A DNA stretch of 64,000 bases from Octopus sinensis (taxonomy: Eukaryota). The notes under the pieces were generated by a model that had not been told where the DNA came from, made no database searches, and worked only from the letters and a program-made list of their open reading frames with translations. The position numbers and the translations under genes were made by a program. Of the stretch, positions 11,568 through 22,750 are shown piece after piece. Location of the stretch: assembly GCF_006345805.1 (NCBI RefSeq), contig NC_043003.1, positions 27,342,001-27,406,000 of the forward strand, given 5' to 3'. Position 1 is the first letter of the stretch. Every line of letters begins with the position of its first letter.

Positions 11568-12018
11568 TGTGTATGTGTATGTATGTATATATATATATAT
11601 ATATATCTTGCTTGTTTCAGTCATTGTACGATGGTCATGCTAGAGCAATGCTTTGAAGAGTTCAGTTGAAAAAAATCAACCCAAGTAACCATTTTTTTTT
11701 AAAGCTTGCCACTTATTCTATCGCTTTCTTGTGCTGGAACACTATATTATGGGGACGCAAACAAACCAACACCGTTTGTGAAGAGGTGGTAGCGGGCTCT
11801 GAAAATGAATTTTCAATTTGTAGAAATATGTACCTAAAAACCAAAAGAACACCGATAAAACAAGTTTGATGTCGCAATAAATAAAGATTAGTGGCAAACT
11901 GATTTTAAAAAAAAAAGAAAAGAAAACTTCGTCAATTACAAAGCAGTTAGAGTTGTCGCCTATCAACTTAGAAGCGCAACAGGTTTATAGTGTCCAGCCC
12001 TCAAATTAGGTCATTCAA

Positions 12019-12555
12019 AACTTTCTGAAAATGCATATTATTTATTTAAATTTTGCAGCGATACGTTTTGAAGGATGTAGATTACAATTATGCCAATAAA
12101 ATTTAGATACAGTTAATTTGTGGTAAGAAATTTTCCTTTCCCCATTGCCCTGATTTTCTGTGGTTTTAACAATTTTTACTCACTCAGCCCCACAAATTTC
12201 CGGGTTTCAAACATCAACAGGACATAAATTTACCGTAAAAAGTCGGAGGTTGGCAGAAAAAGCTACCTAAAGTTACTTTTAAAATAATTTTTTTTCTAAC
12301 CATAATGTTATGAACGTAATCGTTTATATACACAACAGAAGCCGTAATTCCAGCAACACTTCTTTAAACATGCATTTTACAGAAAATTACGTAGAAAGAC
12401 GGTCACTGAGATCACCAATCTCTAGCTTTGTCGAACTTTCTTATGAAGTGGAAAAAAGCCGGATAAAAAAAAAAGAAAGAAAAAAAAGTACACTTAGTAA
12501 CAAAATATACAATAGTACAGGAATATTTTTCATGCATGTGTATTTAAACGTGTGT
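12019..12555 (+). repeat. Local direct duplication, copy A
   Basis: Matches 16500-18010 once the inserts there are removed. Confidence 0.9.
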
Positions 12556-12584
12556 ATATTATATATATATATATATATATATAT

Positions 12585-12792
12585 GGTGACCCAAAAGTAG
12601 GTTTACTGTTGTCACGTAAGCACTTTACATTCCTTTTAAAACATTTTATTACATTTAATTTTCTATCTACAATGAACTAAATCATCATAGAATAATGGTT
12701 TCATATTTGTTTATAATTAAGATCTAAACTGTTGATATAAGAATGTGAAAGAGATAGTTGAATAACTGTAAACCTACTTTTAGGCCACTCCG
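12585..12792. mobile_element. Tc1/mariner-like MITE
   Basis: ~28-bp imperfect TIRs sharing aaaagtaggtttac; lies in (TA)n. Confidence 0.6.
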
Positions 12793-12986
12793 TGTGTATA
12801 TATATATATATAAAATATTACATTATATGGCGAAGTTATAATTAATTACTTTGCCACATACTGAACTTAGTAGAAATAGCAGCCAAAAAAATTTTTTTAG
12901 CTGTTTCTACTACTTTCTTTAAGTAGTAGAAACAGCTAAAAAAATTCACTTGGTGAAATTGATTAATTAATTTTACCCTCAATTGT

Positions 12987-13037
<51 letters not shown>

Positions 13038-13136
13038 TGCAGCAGAAAAAACTCCCGTGTGTTTTTGGCAGTGTCCTTGCCAGGAGTAATAACGGTGTAC
13101 CGATGTAATTAATGTTTTACTTTTTCTATGTTCTTT

Positions 13137-13937
13137 TCAGTTAGCTACACGACCGCTCTGTTGTCCGATCGCTTTCTCCACCAACACTTCCTTCGTTTTT
13201 ATTTCTGAATTTTTCCAGTTGAAATATTTGTCGTGTATTTTTTTCGCATATCCAATCAAACCAATTTCATTTAATGCAACACATATCACTTCGTAATTCA
13301 TATTATCGACGTAAGAATATTCTTTCCAATAGCAGAGCAGTTCGAAAACTCTCTCAAAAATATCTACTTTACATTCCTCGGCAGTCCCACACACGTCCAA
13401 ACCTCGACACTTAGCCAAAAAGATATGGTCAACACTTTCCGGTAGGAATTCCAAACGTCTACGAATATCTGCTACATCAGTTGGAACTAAAAAAAATCTC
13501 GGGTTCCATTCGGTGAAGTACCTACAGTGAAGCATTGTTATAAAATATGTAATCTGCGAAGATTTCTCAATAAGCTCGAAGGCCATCTCTATGATGAGTT
13601 CGTAAGAGGGGAAGGTGTTTACAATTTCACGCTTTTCGAAATCCGACTCCGCCACTGTAAAATTTTTATAGTCATCATATGATGGGAGCATAAGTTTCTT
13701 TTTCATCTTCTTTTCTACGTCTTTAAGCTTACCGATGAAGCTTTTTATGCCATAGTTAGCGACATATCCTTCCATAAAGGTCTTCGACATTTCAACGAGT
13801 TCTGGATATTTTTCGGTGTTCACACGGTTGATACAATTTTTACTATAACCCAAATATACAGCCAAAGACTTCACTTCACCTATGTCGTTGAAATACTGGG
13901 CAAGTTTAGTAAAAAAGGCATCCTTTTCTAAAGCCAT
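13137..13937 (-). CDS. Intronless 266-aa protein with two death-domain-like regions
   Basis: Uninterrupted ORF from the first ATG (MALEKDAFF...). N-half FTKLAQYF-EVKSLAVYLGYS..I-YPELVEM; C-half ERVFELLCYW-VICVALNEIGL..YAKKI resemble the death-fold helical pattern. Diverged paralog at 18738-20282. Fold call by eye only. Confidence 0.6.
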   Translation of the reverse strand: MALEKDAFFTKLAQYFNDIGEVKSLAVYLGYSKNCINRVNTEKYPELVEMSKTFMEGYVANYGIKSFIGKLKDVEKKMKKKLMLPSYDDYKNFTVAESDFEKREIVNTFPSYELIIEMAFELIEKSSQITYFITMLHCRYFTEWNPRFFLVPTDVADIRRRLEFLPESVDHIFLAKCRGLDVCGTAEECKVDIFERVFELLCYWKEYSYVDNMNYEVICVALNEIGLIGYAKKIHDKYFNWKNSEIKTKEVLVEKAIGQQSGRVAN

Positions 13938-14263
13938 ATTATGGTTGTAGGAGACACAAGCATAAGATGTCAATGTCTGTTTGTAAAATCCGGAAGTATA
14001 ACGAATAAGTGAAAAACAAAATCAAATGAAGTACATAAGCTTTTTGATTCGCTCAGGCCGGCCTCGCGGTATGTTAGTTCCCTTTGACCTATTAAATTTA
14101 CGTTATTTTTATTTCGATAATGCTCAATAGTTTTACAAAATTAAATTAGAAAATTGGACAAAATAGAAAACACAAGCGAAAAAGTTTAAAAAGAGAAAAA
14201 ACTCAAAACAATTCACCACCTTCGGTGGAAAAGTTGGGGTTGCTGGGGAAACCTCTCTAATGG

Positions 14264-15540
14264 CTATTGAGGCACGCTTGCAGCATTGCCACGGGTGATG
14301 GCGAGGCTGATGTGATTGAACAGCTAAGTGCCCTCACGAGCATCACCAGTTACCTCTGCTAGGCGAGTTGCCAGTGAAGACCGGAATCTCGCAGTCAGTG
14401 GCCCGACTCCACCAAACGTCTCGAACGCCACAGGATGGGAAATGTAGTTGGCTGACAGATTGCAGTATTTCAGGATTTTGTTCCGCTTAGCCACAGAAGC
14501 TGTGGATCTCGCCCTGACCGCAGCAGCCAGGATGTGAGAAGAAGCAAAGGAGTCGCTGTGACAGCCAAGACAAGGCATCTGCCTTATGACCAGGAGCACA
14601 GGGTGAAACCGTCAGGTCTTTTCCCATCACATCTGGACAATCCAGATGGTTCCAAGATTGAGGGGATGTTTTCCCCAGGCAAGCTCCTTTTGAGTATCAG
14701 TTTCAACTCTGTATGATGCACGAAGTAACCATCATTCAGGCGGCAAGAAATACCATAGAGGCCTGTGGAGTCGAGGAGTCTGTCACAACGACAGATCAAA
14801 TCCATGCATATGTCAACTCCAACTCTGAGGGCAATGGAGACACGAAATTCGTCCAAGCTGAGTAGGCCACCAACATTAGCCATAAGGATGGCATCAATCT
14901 TGTCACCTGAGTATTGGGACCTTTACCTTTTGATCTACAGATTTAAAAACTAATTTTTTTGTAACTAAACACTTTCAAACTTCGGACACTGGTAGAATGT
15001 GTCATATAAAACATCTTTTACTCTTAGCATTTTCGAGAAAAACTTATATTTACGAAGTAATTTCACGTCAAAGTTGTCCTATTTCGGTAATTTCAACCAA
15101 TCAATGACATGTATTCAGCTGAATAAAATTACTGCCGTTGTTTGTCAACAACAACTACTGGCAGTGTATTTTTTGTTTGTCACTGTTATTTATGACATCA
15201 TTTGTGCATTTGTACTGGTTTTAGGGTTAGAGTTTTAGGGTTAGGGTGTTAGGGTTAAGGTGTTAGGGTTAAGATTGTCATAAATAACAGTGACAAACAA
15301 AAAATACACCGCCTGAAGTTCTTGTTGACAAACAACGGCAGTAATTTTATTCAGTTGAATACACATCATTGATTGGTTGAAATTACCGAAATAGGACTAC
15401 TTTGACGTGAGATTACTTCGTAAATATCAGTTTTTCTCAAAAATGCTAAGAGTAAAAGATGCTTTATATGACACGTCAAAAGGTAAAGATCTGAGTATTT
15501 GGCACTAGCAGAAATATTTGAGCTTAGGGCAAGATAGTTT
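14264..15540 (-). mobile_element. CRE-like non-LTR retrotransposon 3' fragment (RLE domain)
   Basis: FRVSIALRVG, CRC...D..G...SC, IPSILEPSGLSRCDGKRPDG.T, K..KY..L...Y...PVAFETFG, RGNAAS; stops present; interrupted by the MITE at 14916-15490. Confidence 0.8.
14916..15490. mobile_element. Long-TIR fold-back MITE with TTAGGG-like core
   Basis: Near-complete inverted symmetry; ctgagtatt duplicated at 14907-14915 and 15491-15499; (ttaggg)-like run at 15220-15272. Confidence 0.9.
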
Positions 15541-16499
15541 TTTTTATAACCCTTGGTAAATAAGCTCTGGTCGAATAGGCCTATGATCAATGGCACTCCA
15601 GCCATGGCCATTCCATCTTTTTGCAATGTAACACGGACTACTTTATATTCAAGTTTACTGTAGCAGTGGCAAATTGCATGTGATTTGGTTGCTACATCTA
15701 GCAGATTTTGTGTAGTAATAAACAAGGGTATTGGTGCAGTTGAAGGCAAATATCAGTATAGAGAGATGTAAGTGGCTCAGGAAGAATGGTTCAGAAGGGG
15801 TGGGTGAGGTGTGGAAGTGGTGAGGAGGGAGATCTAGAATACATAAGGGTGTACATAAAGTGAGTGGGACATGGTGGGGGATATGAGAGAGGTGGTGAGA
15901 AAAATAGTAGATATGTGAGATGTTAAAATGGAGGATGGTAAAGGGGGGATATAACTGAAGGCACAAAAAGGAGGTAGTTCATGAAAATGATGTGGATGAG
16001 AAAGGGAGGATAATGGGGAGAAGGGATTGAAGTAAGTCAGGGGGGAGTGGGTGAGATAACTGGAGGTTCTAAGCAAGGGATAGTAGTAATATGTGTTGAT
16101 AATGCCCTCAACTGATTACAGCTGCCAAGAAGTGCCATAGATAGAGGAATTATGGAGGGATAGGTGTTAGAGAAATAGAATGCGGAGGGGAATGCTTGAC
16201 AGAGCAGAAGGGGTACAAGCATAAATAGAATGTTTTTAGGACATCATTTTTACTGTTATGGACAGGCCAAATCCTTTGAAGATCTTTATCAGGTCCTTCT
16301 TAAATTTTTCCTTAGTGTAGCCATTCATATGGTTTGAGATTGCCAGACCATTGTCCCTCTAAAGAGCCAACATGTATGAGTGTGCAATTCTAGAGGGTGT
16401 CCAAGATAAATAATTTGACAAGGTCAGCGATCTCAGCCCAGTTGTAATTACATCACCATGGAAATGTCAAACAGTGAAATGCCTTCTTTCTTACCCCAG

Positions 16500-18010
16500 A
16501 ACTTTCTGAAAATGCATATTATTTATTTGAATTTTGCAGCGATACGTTTTGAAGGATGTAGATTACAATTATGCCAATAAAATTTAGATACAGTTAATTT
16601 GTGGTAAGAAAGTTTCCTTTCCCCATTGCCCTCATTTTCTGTGGTTTTAGCAATTTTTACTCACTCAGCCCCACAAATTTCCGGGTTTCAAACATCAACA
16701 GGACATAAATTTACCGTAAAAAGTTGGAGGTTGGCAGAAAAAGCTACCTGAAGTTACTTTTAAAATAATTTTTTTTCTAACCATAATGTTATGAACGTAA
16801 TCGGGATCTTTTCGCTTTGACCGGCAGATTTTTTAAATAATTTCTATGTAACTAAACACTTTTAAACTTTGTATACTGGTAGAATGTGTTTATAAAACAT
16901 CTTTTTCTCTTGGCTTTCTTGAGAAAATTCTGTAGTTTTTAAGATATTTGTTGTTTAATTTCTTGCATTTCGGCAATTTCAACCAATCAATGACGTCTAT
17001 TGAAGTGAATTCAATTTCTGCCGTAAAATTTTATGGCGGCGTCATGTGAAAATGTCCCTTTACATATTATATATTCGTTTAAGAAACAGATTGAGTTTAT
17101 TTACATTTCTATAGAAAAAAAGATACCCTCCCCCCACCCCAAACCCTAACTCTAACCCTAAAACAGATTGAAATGCAATAGATCGATACTACGGTCATAA
17201 TTATGGGTAGACACTAAAGAGGGAACGGTTTTGTTATCCAGCTCTGTTTACGAGTGACCCCTCAGTTTATGGCCACAGGGTATCTTTTTTCTCATAAAAA
17301 ACAGGGACATTTTCATATGATGCCGCCAGAAAATGTTACAGCAGAAATTGTTTTCACTTCAATAGACGTCATTGATTGGTTGAAATTGCCGAAATGCAAG
17401 AAATTAAACAACAAGTATCTTACAAATTACAGAATTTTCTCAAGAAAGCTAAGAGAAAAAGATGTTTTACAAACATATTCTACCAGTATACAAAGTTTAA
17501 AATTTTTTAGTTACATAGAAATTATTTTAAAAATCTGTCGGTCAAAGCGAAAAGATCCCGTAATCGTTATCTGCACAACAGAAGTCGTATTCCAGCAACA
17601 CTTTCCTTTCGTTACTGTATTTATTTTGAGATGCTCTCTGTTTCTTTCAATTAATTTTAAATATAACAAATAATTTAGTAAAATAACTTAGTTATCATTC
17701 AGCTAGTATAAGGAATATAAATTGCTACTAAGGTTTAGTGGTATATTTTGATGCAAAACTTATGAAAACAAGACATTTGTACTACAGAGCCAGAGCCGGT
17801 TTTGGCCGGGTTGGTAACAAAAGGGTTACATGCGTTTTACAGAAAATTACGTAGAAAGATGGTCACTGAGATCACCATATTCTAGCTTTGTCAAACTTTC
17901 TTATGAAGTGGAAAAAAGCCGAATAAAAAAAAGAAGAAAGTACACTTAACAACAAACTGTACAATAGCACAGGAATATTTTTTATGAACATGTGCATTTA
18001 AACGTGTGCG
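16500..18010 (+). repeat. Local direct duplication, copy A' (with two inserts)
   Basis: Homologous to 12019-12555; MITE at 16803-17559 and a piggyBac-like MITE remnant at ~17605-17827. Confidence 0.85.
16803..17559. mobile_element. Long-TIR MITE related to 14916-15490
   Basis: ~205-bp TIRs beginning GGGATCTTTTCG; 6-bp TSD GTAATC; empty site at 12317-12322; ccctaa repeats at ~17140-17162. Confidence 0.95.
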
Positions 18011-18049
18011 TATGTGTGTATATGTCTGTGTGTATATTATATATATACA

Positions 18050-18405
18050 CGGTGGCAGACATTTGGTGGGGTCAGACTACTCACTGCAAGATTCCTGTCT
18101 TCTCTAGCAACTTGTGAGGTTTGTGAGGACCATAGACAATGCTGCAAGCGTGCCTCAACAGCCTTTAGAGAGGTTTCCCAGCATCCCTGACTTTTCAACC
18201 TCAGGTGGTGAATTGTTTTAGTTCTTTTCTCTTTTTTTCTTTCTCTTTAATTTTTCAATTTTTTCAATCGTGTTCTCTATTTTGTCCAATTTTCGAATTT
18301 AATTTTGTAAAACTATTGAGCATTGTCGAAATAAAAATAATGTGAATTTCATAGGTCAAAGGGAACTAACATACTGCGAGGCTGACCTGAGCGTATCAAA
18401 AAGCT
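18050..18405 (+). mobile_element. Second copy of CRE 3' end and spacer
   Basis: Reverse complement of ~14040-14430; begins directly after a (TA)n tract. Confidence 0.85.
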
Positions 18406-18746
18406 TACTCTTTTACTTGTTTCAGTCATTTGACTGCGGCCATGCTGGAGCACCACCTTTAATCGAGCAACTCGACCCCGGGACTTATTCTTTGTAAGTC
18501 CAGTACTTATTCTATCGGTCTCTTTTGCCGAACCGCTAAGTGACGGGGACATAAACACACCAGCATCGGTTGTCAAGTAATACTAGGGGGACAAGCACAG
18601 ACACACAAACACACTCGCACATATATATATATATATATATACACATATATACGACAGGCTTCTTTCAGTTTCCGTCTACCAAATCCACTCACAAGGCTTT
18701 GGTCGGCCCGAGGCTATAGCAGAAGACACTTGCCCAGTATTTCAAC
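18404..18746 (-). mobile_element. SINE with truncated head
   Basis: Same family as 33915-34320. Confidence 0.9.
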
Positions 18747-20282
18747 GACATAGGTGAAGTGAAGTCTTTGGCTATATATTTGGGTTACAATAAAATCTGT
18801 ATCAACCGTGTGAACATGGCCAAATATCCAGATCTCCTTGAAATGTCGAAGATCTTCATGAAAGGATATGTCGCTAACTATGGCATAATAAGCTTCATCG
18901 ATAAGCTTAAAAAGGTAGAAAAGAAGATGAAAAAGATATTTATGCTCCCATCATGTAATTACTATGAAAAATTTACAGTGGCGGAGTTGGCTTTCAAAAA
19001 TCGTGAATTTGAAACTACCTTCCCCTCTTACGAACTCATCATAGAGATGGCCTTCAAGCTTATTAAGAAACCTTCGCAGATTATAGATTTTTTTAACAAG
19101 TCTTCACTGTAGGTACTTCCACGAATGGAATCCAAGATTTTATCTCGTTCCAACTGATGTTGAAGATGTAGCATTTGGTGAAGCATATCTTCTCTCTCGG
19201 ACATAAATAATACAAATAACGTCATGGCAGATAGCAGCCATCCTTCGGTTGCTTAGGCTATGTTGCGTCCACTGCCCTGATTGGTTGGTTTTGGTGCAGT
19301 TTTATTTTGTGCCAATGTATAAACCAACCAATTGCAACCTTCAGTTAAGGCCACGTGACACTGTTTTTCTTATGCATTGTTTGAACCAACTAAACCCTTT
19401 AAAATGGCTAGATCGACAGACCATTTCATCTTTGGTCTTAGACCATTGACCACAGAGTATCCAGTGACAGACCAGCCATGTTCCAGTGACTCAACCAGTT
19501 CCAGCGACGACACCAACACCTTTTCCATCACCGTTGCCTTAAGCTTATCGACATCACCAACATGTCTACGTACACACCAACCAACATTGTTCCAGGTTTA
19601 ACTTCACGCTGTTGTGAATACTCACCAATGTTAACAGCTGCAGTCTACCTGCGAGAACTTTCTGTACCAAAGTAACTCGGCACATCATCGAGGCCACAAC
19701 TTCTACACACGTAGTAATCGGCTCTGCACTTGTGACCACCAACCTAACTGTGGTGTGTCTTACACCAAACTAGTATTTATCAACATCTTGTCCGAACATT
19801 CATCTAGCGATTCTTTTATAGACTCTTTCTATGCTCTGTATTGTATTGGCTCACACTTATCGCACACTCTACATGCACGTACACATTTTTCTATGCACGA
19901 CGGCCTGTCTATTGGTTTATTATTATGTACGTACTTTTATCGCACACACAGACACACTCTGCTAGCACACAGACATGCACTTATATCGCACGCACGTACA
20001 CAATTACACACTGTTGTCGCACTCACGAACACATCTGTAAATAAAGTCTTTTCTCTTATACATTATACAGTTGTGTTTTTCTCTTTATTCTTTACTGGCA
20101 TTCTTTATTCTTTTATTCCATGGATTTTGGCTTCTTTTGTAGACGACCGTGCGGTGTTTAAAAGGAGACATTTCGTTACCATCTCCTTTACGTACGGTCA
20201 TCTCTACAAAGATATTCGTAGACGTTTGGAATTCCCACCAGAATTTTAGCTAAGTGTCGAGGTTCAGACATGTGTGGAACTA
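18738..20282 (+). pseudogene. Disrupted paralog of the death-domain-like ORF
   Basis: About 74% amino-acid identity over ~111 codons (29 mismatches by hand); 5' end lost, frameshift near 19090, 1042-bp insert, 3' end lost. Confidence 0.85.
19167..20208. mobile_element. Solo-LTR-like insertion
   Basis: TGTAG...CTACA termini, 4-bp TSD AAGA, aataaa at ~20040; splits the codons VED|IRR. Confidence 0.75.
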
Positions 20283-20615
20283 TGAGTATCTTCTTTATTA
20301 TTGGTATGACTATGAATTCATAGCCTGGATATAAAAGCTAGAGAGGATCCGAAGCAGTTGTCCATAGATATCCTCATTTTCTTTGATTTTCAAAGAGATA
20401 TTTATATCTGAAGGGCAGCTGACCTCTACGATGGAACATACCTTTGCCCCTGTATCCCAAACAACAACATTTGGCTTGTTATATTTACATTTAACAGAGG
20501 TTTTGATGGGATTATTCTACCAGTATTCCTTGAGTTGGCGTTTATGAATGTATTCCATAACGGGGATTTTCTAAGTTTATTTCAGGACAGTCGTTTTCGC
20601 AGATGGCATTGTAAA
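20283..20615 (-). mobile_element. R4/Dong- or HERO-like RLE domain fragment
   Basis: Minus strand NKPNVVVWDTGAKVCSIVEVSCPSDINISLKIKENEDIYGQLLRILSSFYPGYEFIVIPI. Confidence 0.7.
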
Positions 20616-21182
20616 TTGTTTTAGCAATAACATTGTGCTACATAATAATGTATATCTATCTGTCTGTTAGTCAGTCAGTCAGTCAGTCACCATTGTCTGT
20701 AACATAATACAAGATTTGTAAAAATATATTGCTTTCAAAATTTGGTACAGGGTCAGCTGGTACTTATTTTATTGATCCCAAAAGGATGAAAGGCAAAGTT
20801 GACCTTGGTGTAATTGGAACTCATAACATGAAGACGGATGAAATGCCACCAAGCATTTTGCCTGGTTTGCTTATGATTCTGCCAGGACACTGCCTTAAGA
20901 GTTGTAAAAAATATATCAAAATATATTTTACATAGTGCAAACATCATCTGATATAGAAGTCAATATGTTAGTTAAGGGATGGAGTTAGATATATTTATTG
21001 TATCAAAAGTTGACTGCCTCCTTTGTGCTTCACCCCAGAATAGACTGCTCATGAAATTCCAAGTAGTCAACTTTTGATATGGTACACATATCTATCCATT
21101 CTCAGCCAATATGTTAAGTTCTGAGGTCGACTTTGCCTTTTGTCCTTTTGGGGTTGATGAATTAAGTGCCAGTTGAGTACTG

Positions 21183-22702
21183 CAGATCAAATCACTTGTT
21201 TTGCAAGTACATCTCCGTAAATAGAAAGATTATATCTATGAAATGTTACATTGTTTTTATCGAAATGAAAATGAAATTTTGTATTGACACAGATCAGCCC
21301 TCGCATACATATAGTGTGTTTAATAATATACCTAACATGGAAAGACATACACACTATGAGACTTATACACACTCATACACTCAAACACATTCATAGACAA
21401 AGTGTGACGCTGTCATCATCATTATGGTTAACCAGCCCTCACATACATACAGTGTGTTTAATAACACACCTAACGCAGAAAGACGCTCACACTGTGAGAT
21501 ATATACATACTCATACACTCATACATGTCATCGTCTTGGTTAGAATTAAAAGTGAAACATATATTGTGTTTAATAACGAACCTTACGCAGAAAGTCACAT
21601 ATATAATGTGGGACATATACACACTCATACACTCACACACATACATTCACAAAAGATACACAGTCATATATAAAATGTGATGCCGTTGTCATGGTTAAGT
21701 AAAAGTATAAAAGTGGATCAATATATAACATTACAATATAGATGTTATTCTTTTACTTTTATTCTTTGTCTTTTGATACATAATACAGAACTAGTACCAA
21801 CGTTGCATTGTTTTAATTCCCAAAAATTACATGTTGACACTCATGGGGTCTGATAGTATGACCATGTAAAATTTTATTTGATTTGATCTGGTTGAGCTGT
21901 TTGAGAATGCATTGGGAACAGACAGAGAGACAAAGGATTTTATATATATAATATAAATAACTAGCAGAGATACCCAGCATTGTTCGGGATTGAAATGCTA
22001 TAGTTTGTATATATATATATATATATTACGTTTCGTTTTTGGATTTGGTTTGCAAGATTCTTTATATGAGTTCGTGTGTTGAAGCATATTCTGTTGTGTC
22101 TGGGGAGAGTCATTTTCTTTTTGTGCCTTATAATGTAACACACTCACCGGTTAAATTTCCACAAAAATAAAAATAAGAAATAAGTGGAAATTTTACCGGT
22201 GAATGTGTTAAATTATAAGGCACAAAAACAAAATGACTCTCCCCAGACACAACAGTATGTATATTATAGTTACGTTGAAACAGGTGATATGGGAACGTGC
22301 AGCATTGACGACAAAACATTTGTGGAGTAAATGATGTAATTCAACTAAGCAACATGTAATATGTCTGTTTGGCGGATTCCATGCCCTAACCTATCATAGA
22401 AAATTGGGAGTATTGGGGTATGTAATTTTTGAACCCACTGAAAAGCTGTCAGTGGATATACTCTCCTCTAAGGTGGTCAGTGCTGCATCTAACATGACCC
22501 ATCATATGGTTGACAGTCAAATAAATGGAGGTGTTCAAGAACACACAGCATGCATATATGTATATACGTATGTATGTATGTGAGCATTTACATATGTGTG
22601 TAGACGTGTCTGCGTTGTGTATATGTACATGTAAATGTATGTTTATGTTCTGATATGTGTGTCTCCTCAAGTTGTATATATAACTGTTACTCCATCGAAT
22701 GT

Positions 22703-22750
<48 letters not shown>

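Noticed and set aside
13110-13140. Strong splice-acceptor-like tract ttttctatgttcttttcag on the plus strand
   Set aside because: It is the A-rich 3' UTR of the minus-strand ORF; no coding exon follows on the plus strand.
15220-15272. Telomere or chromosome-end signal
   Set aside because: Short degenerate runs at the centre of TSD-flanked MITEs; not a true telomeric array.
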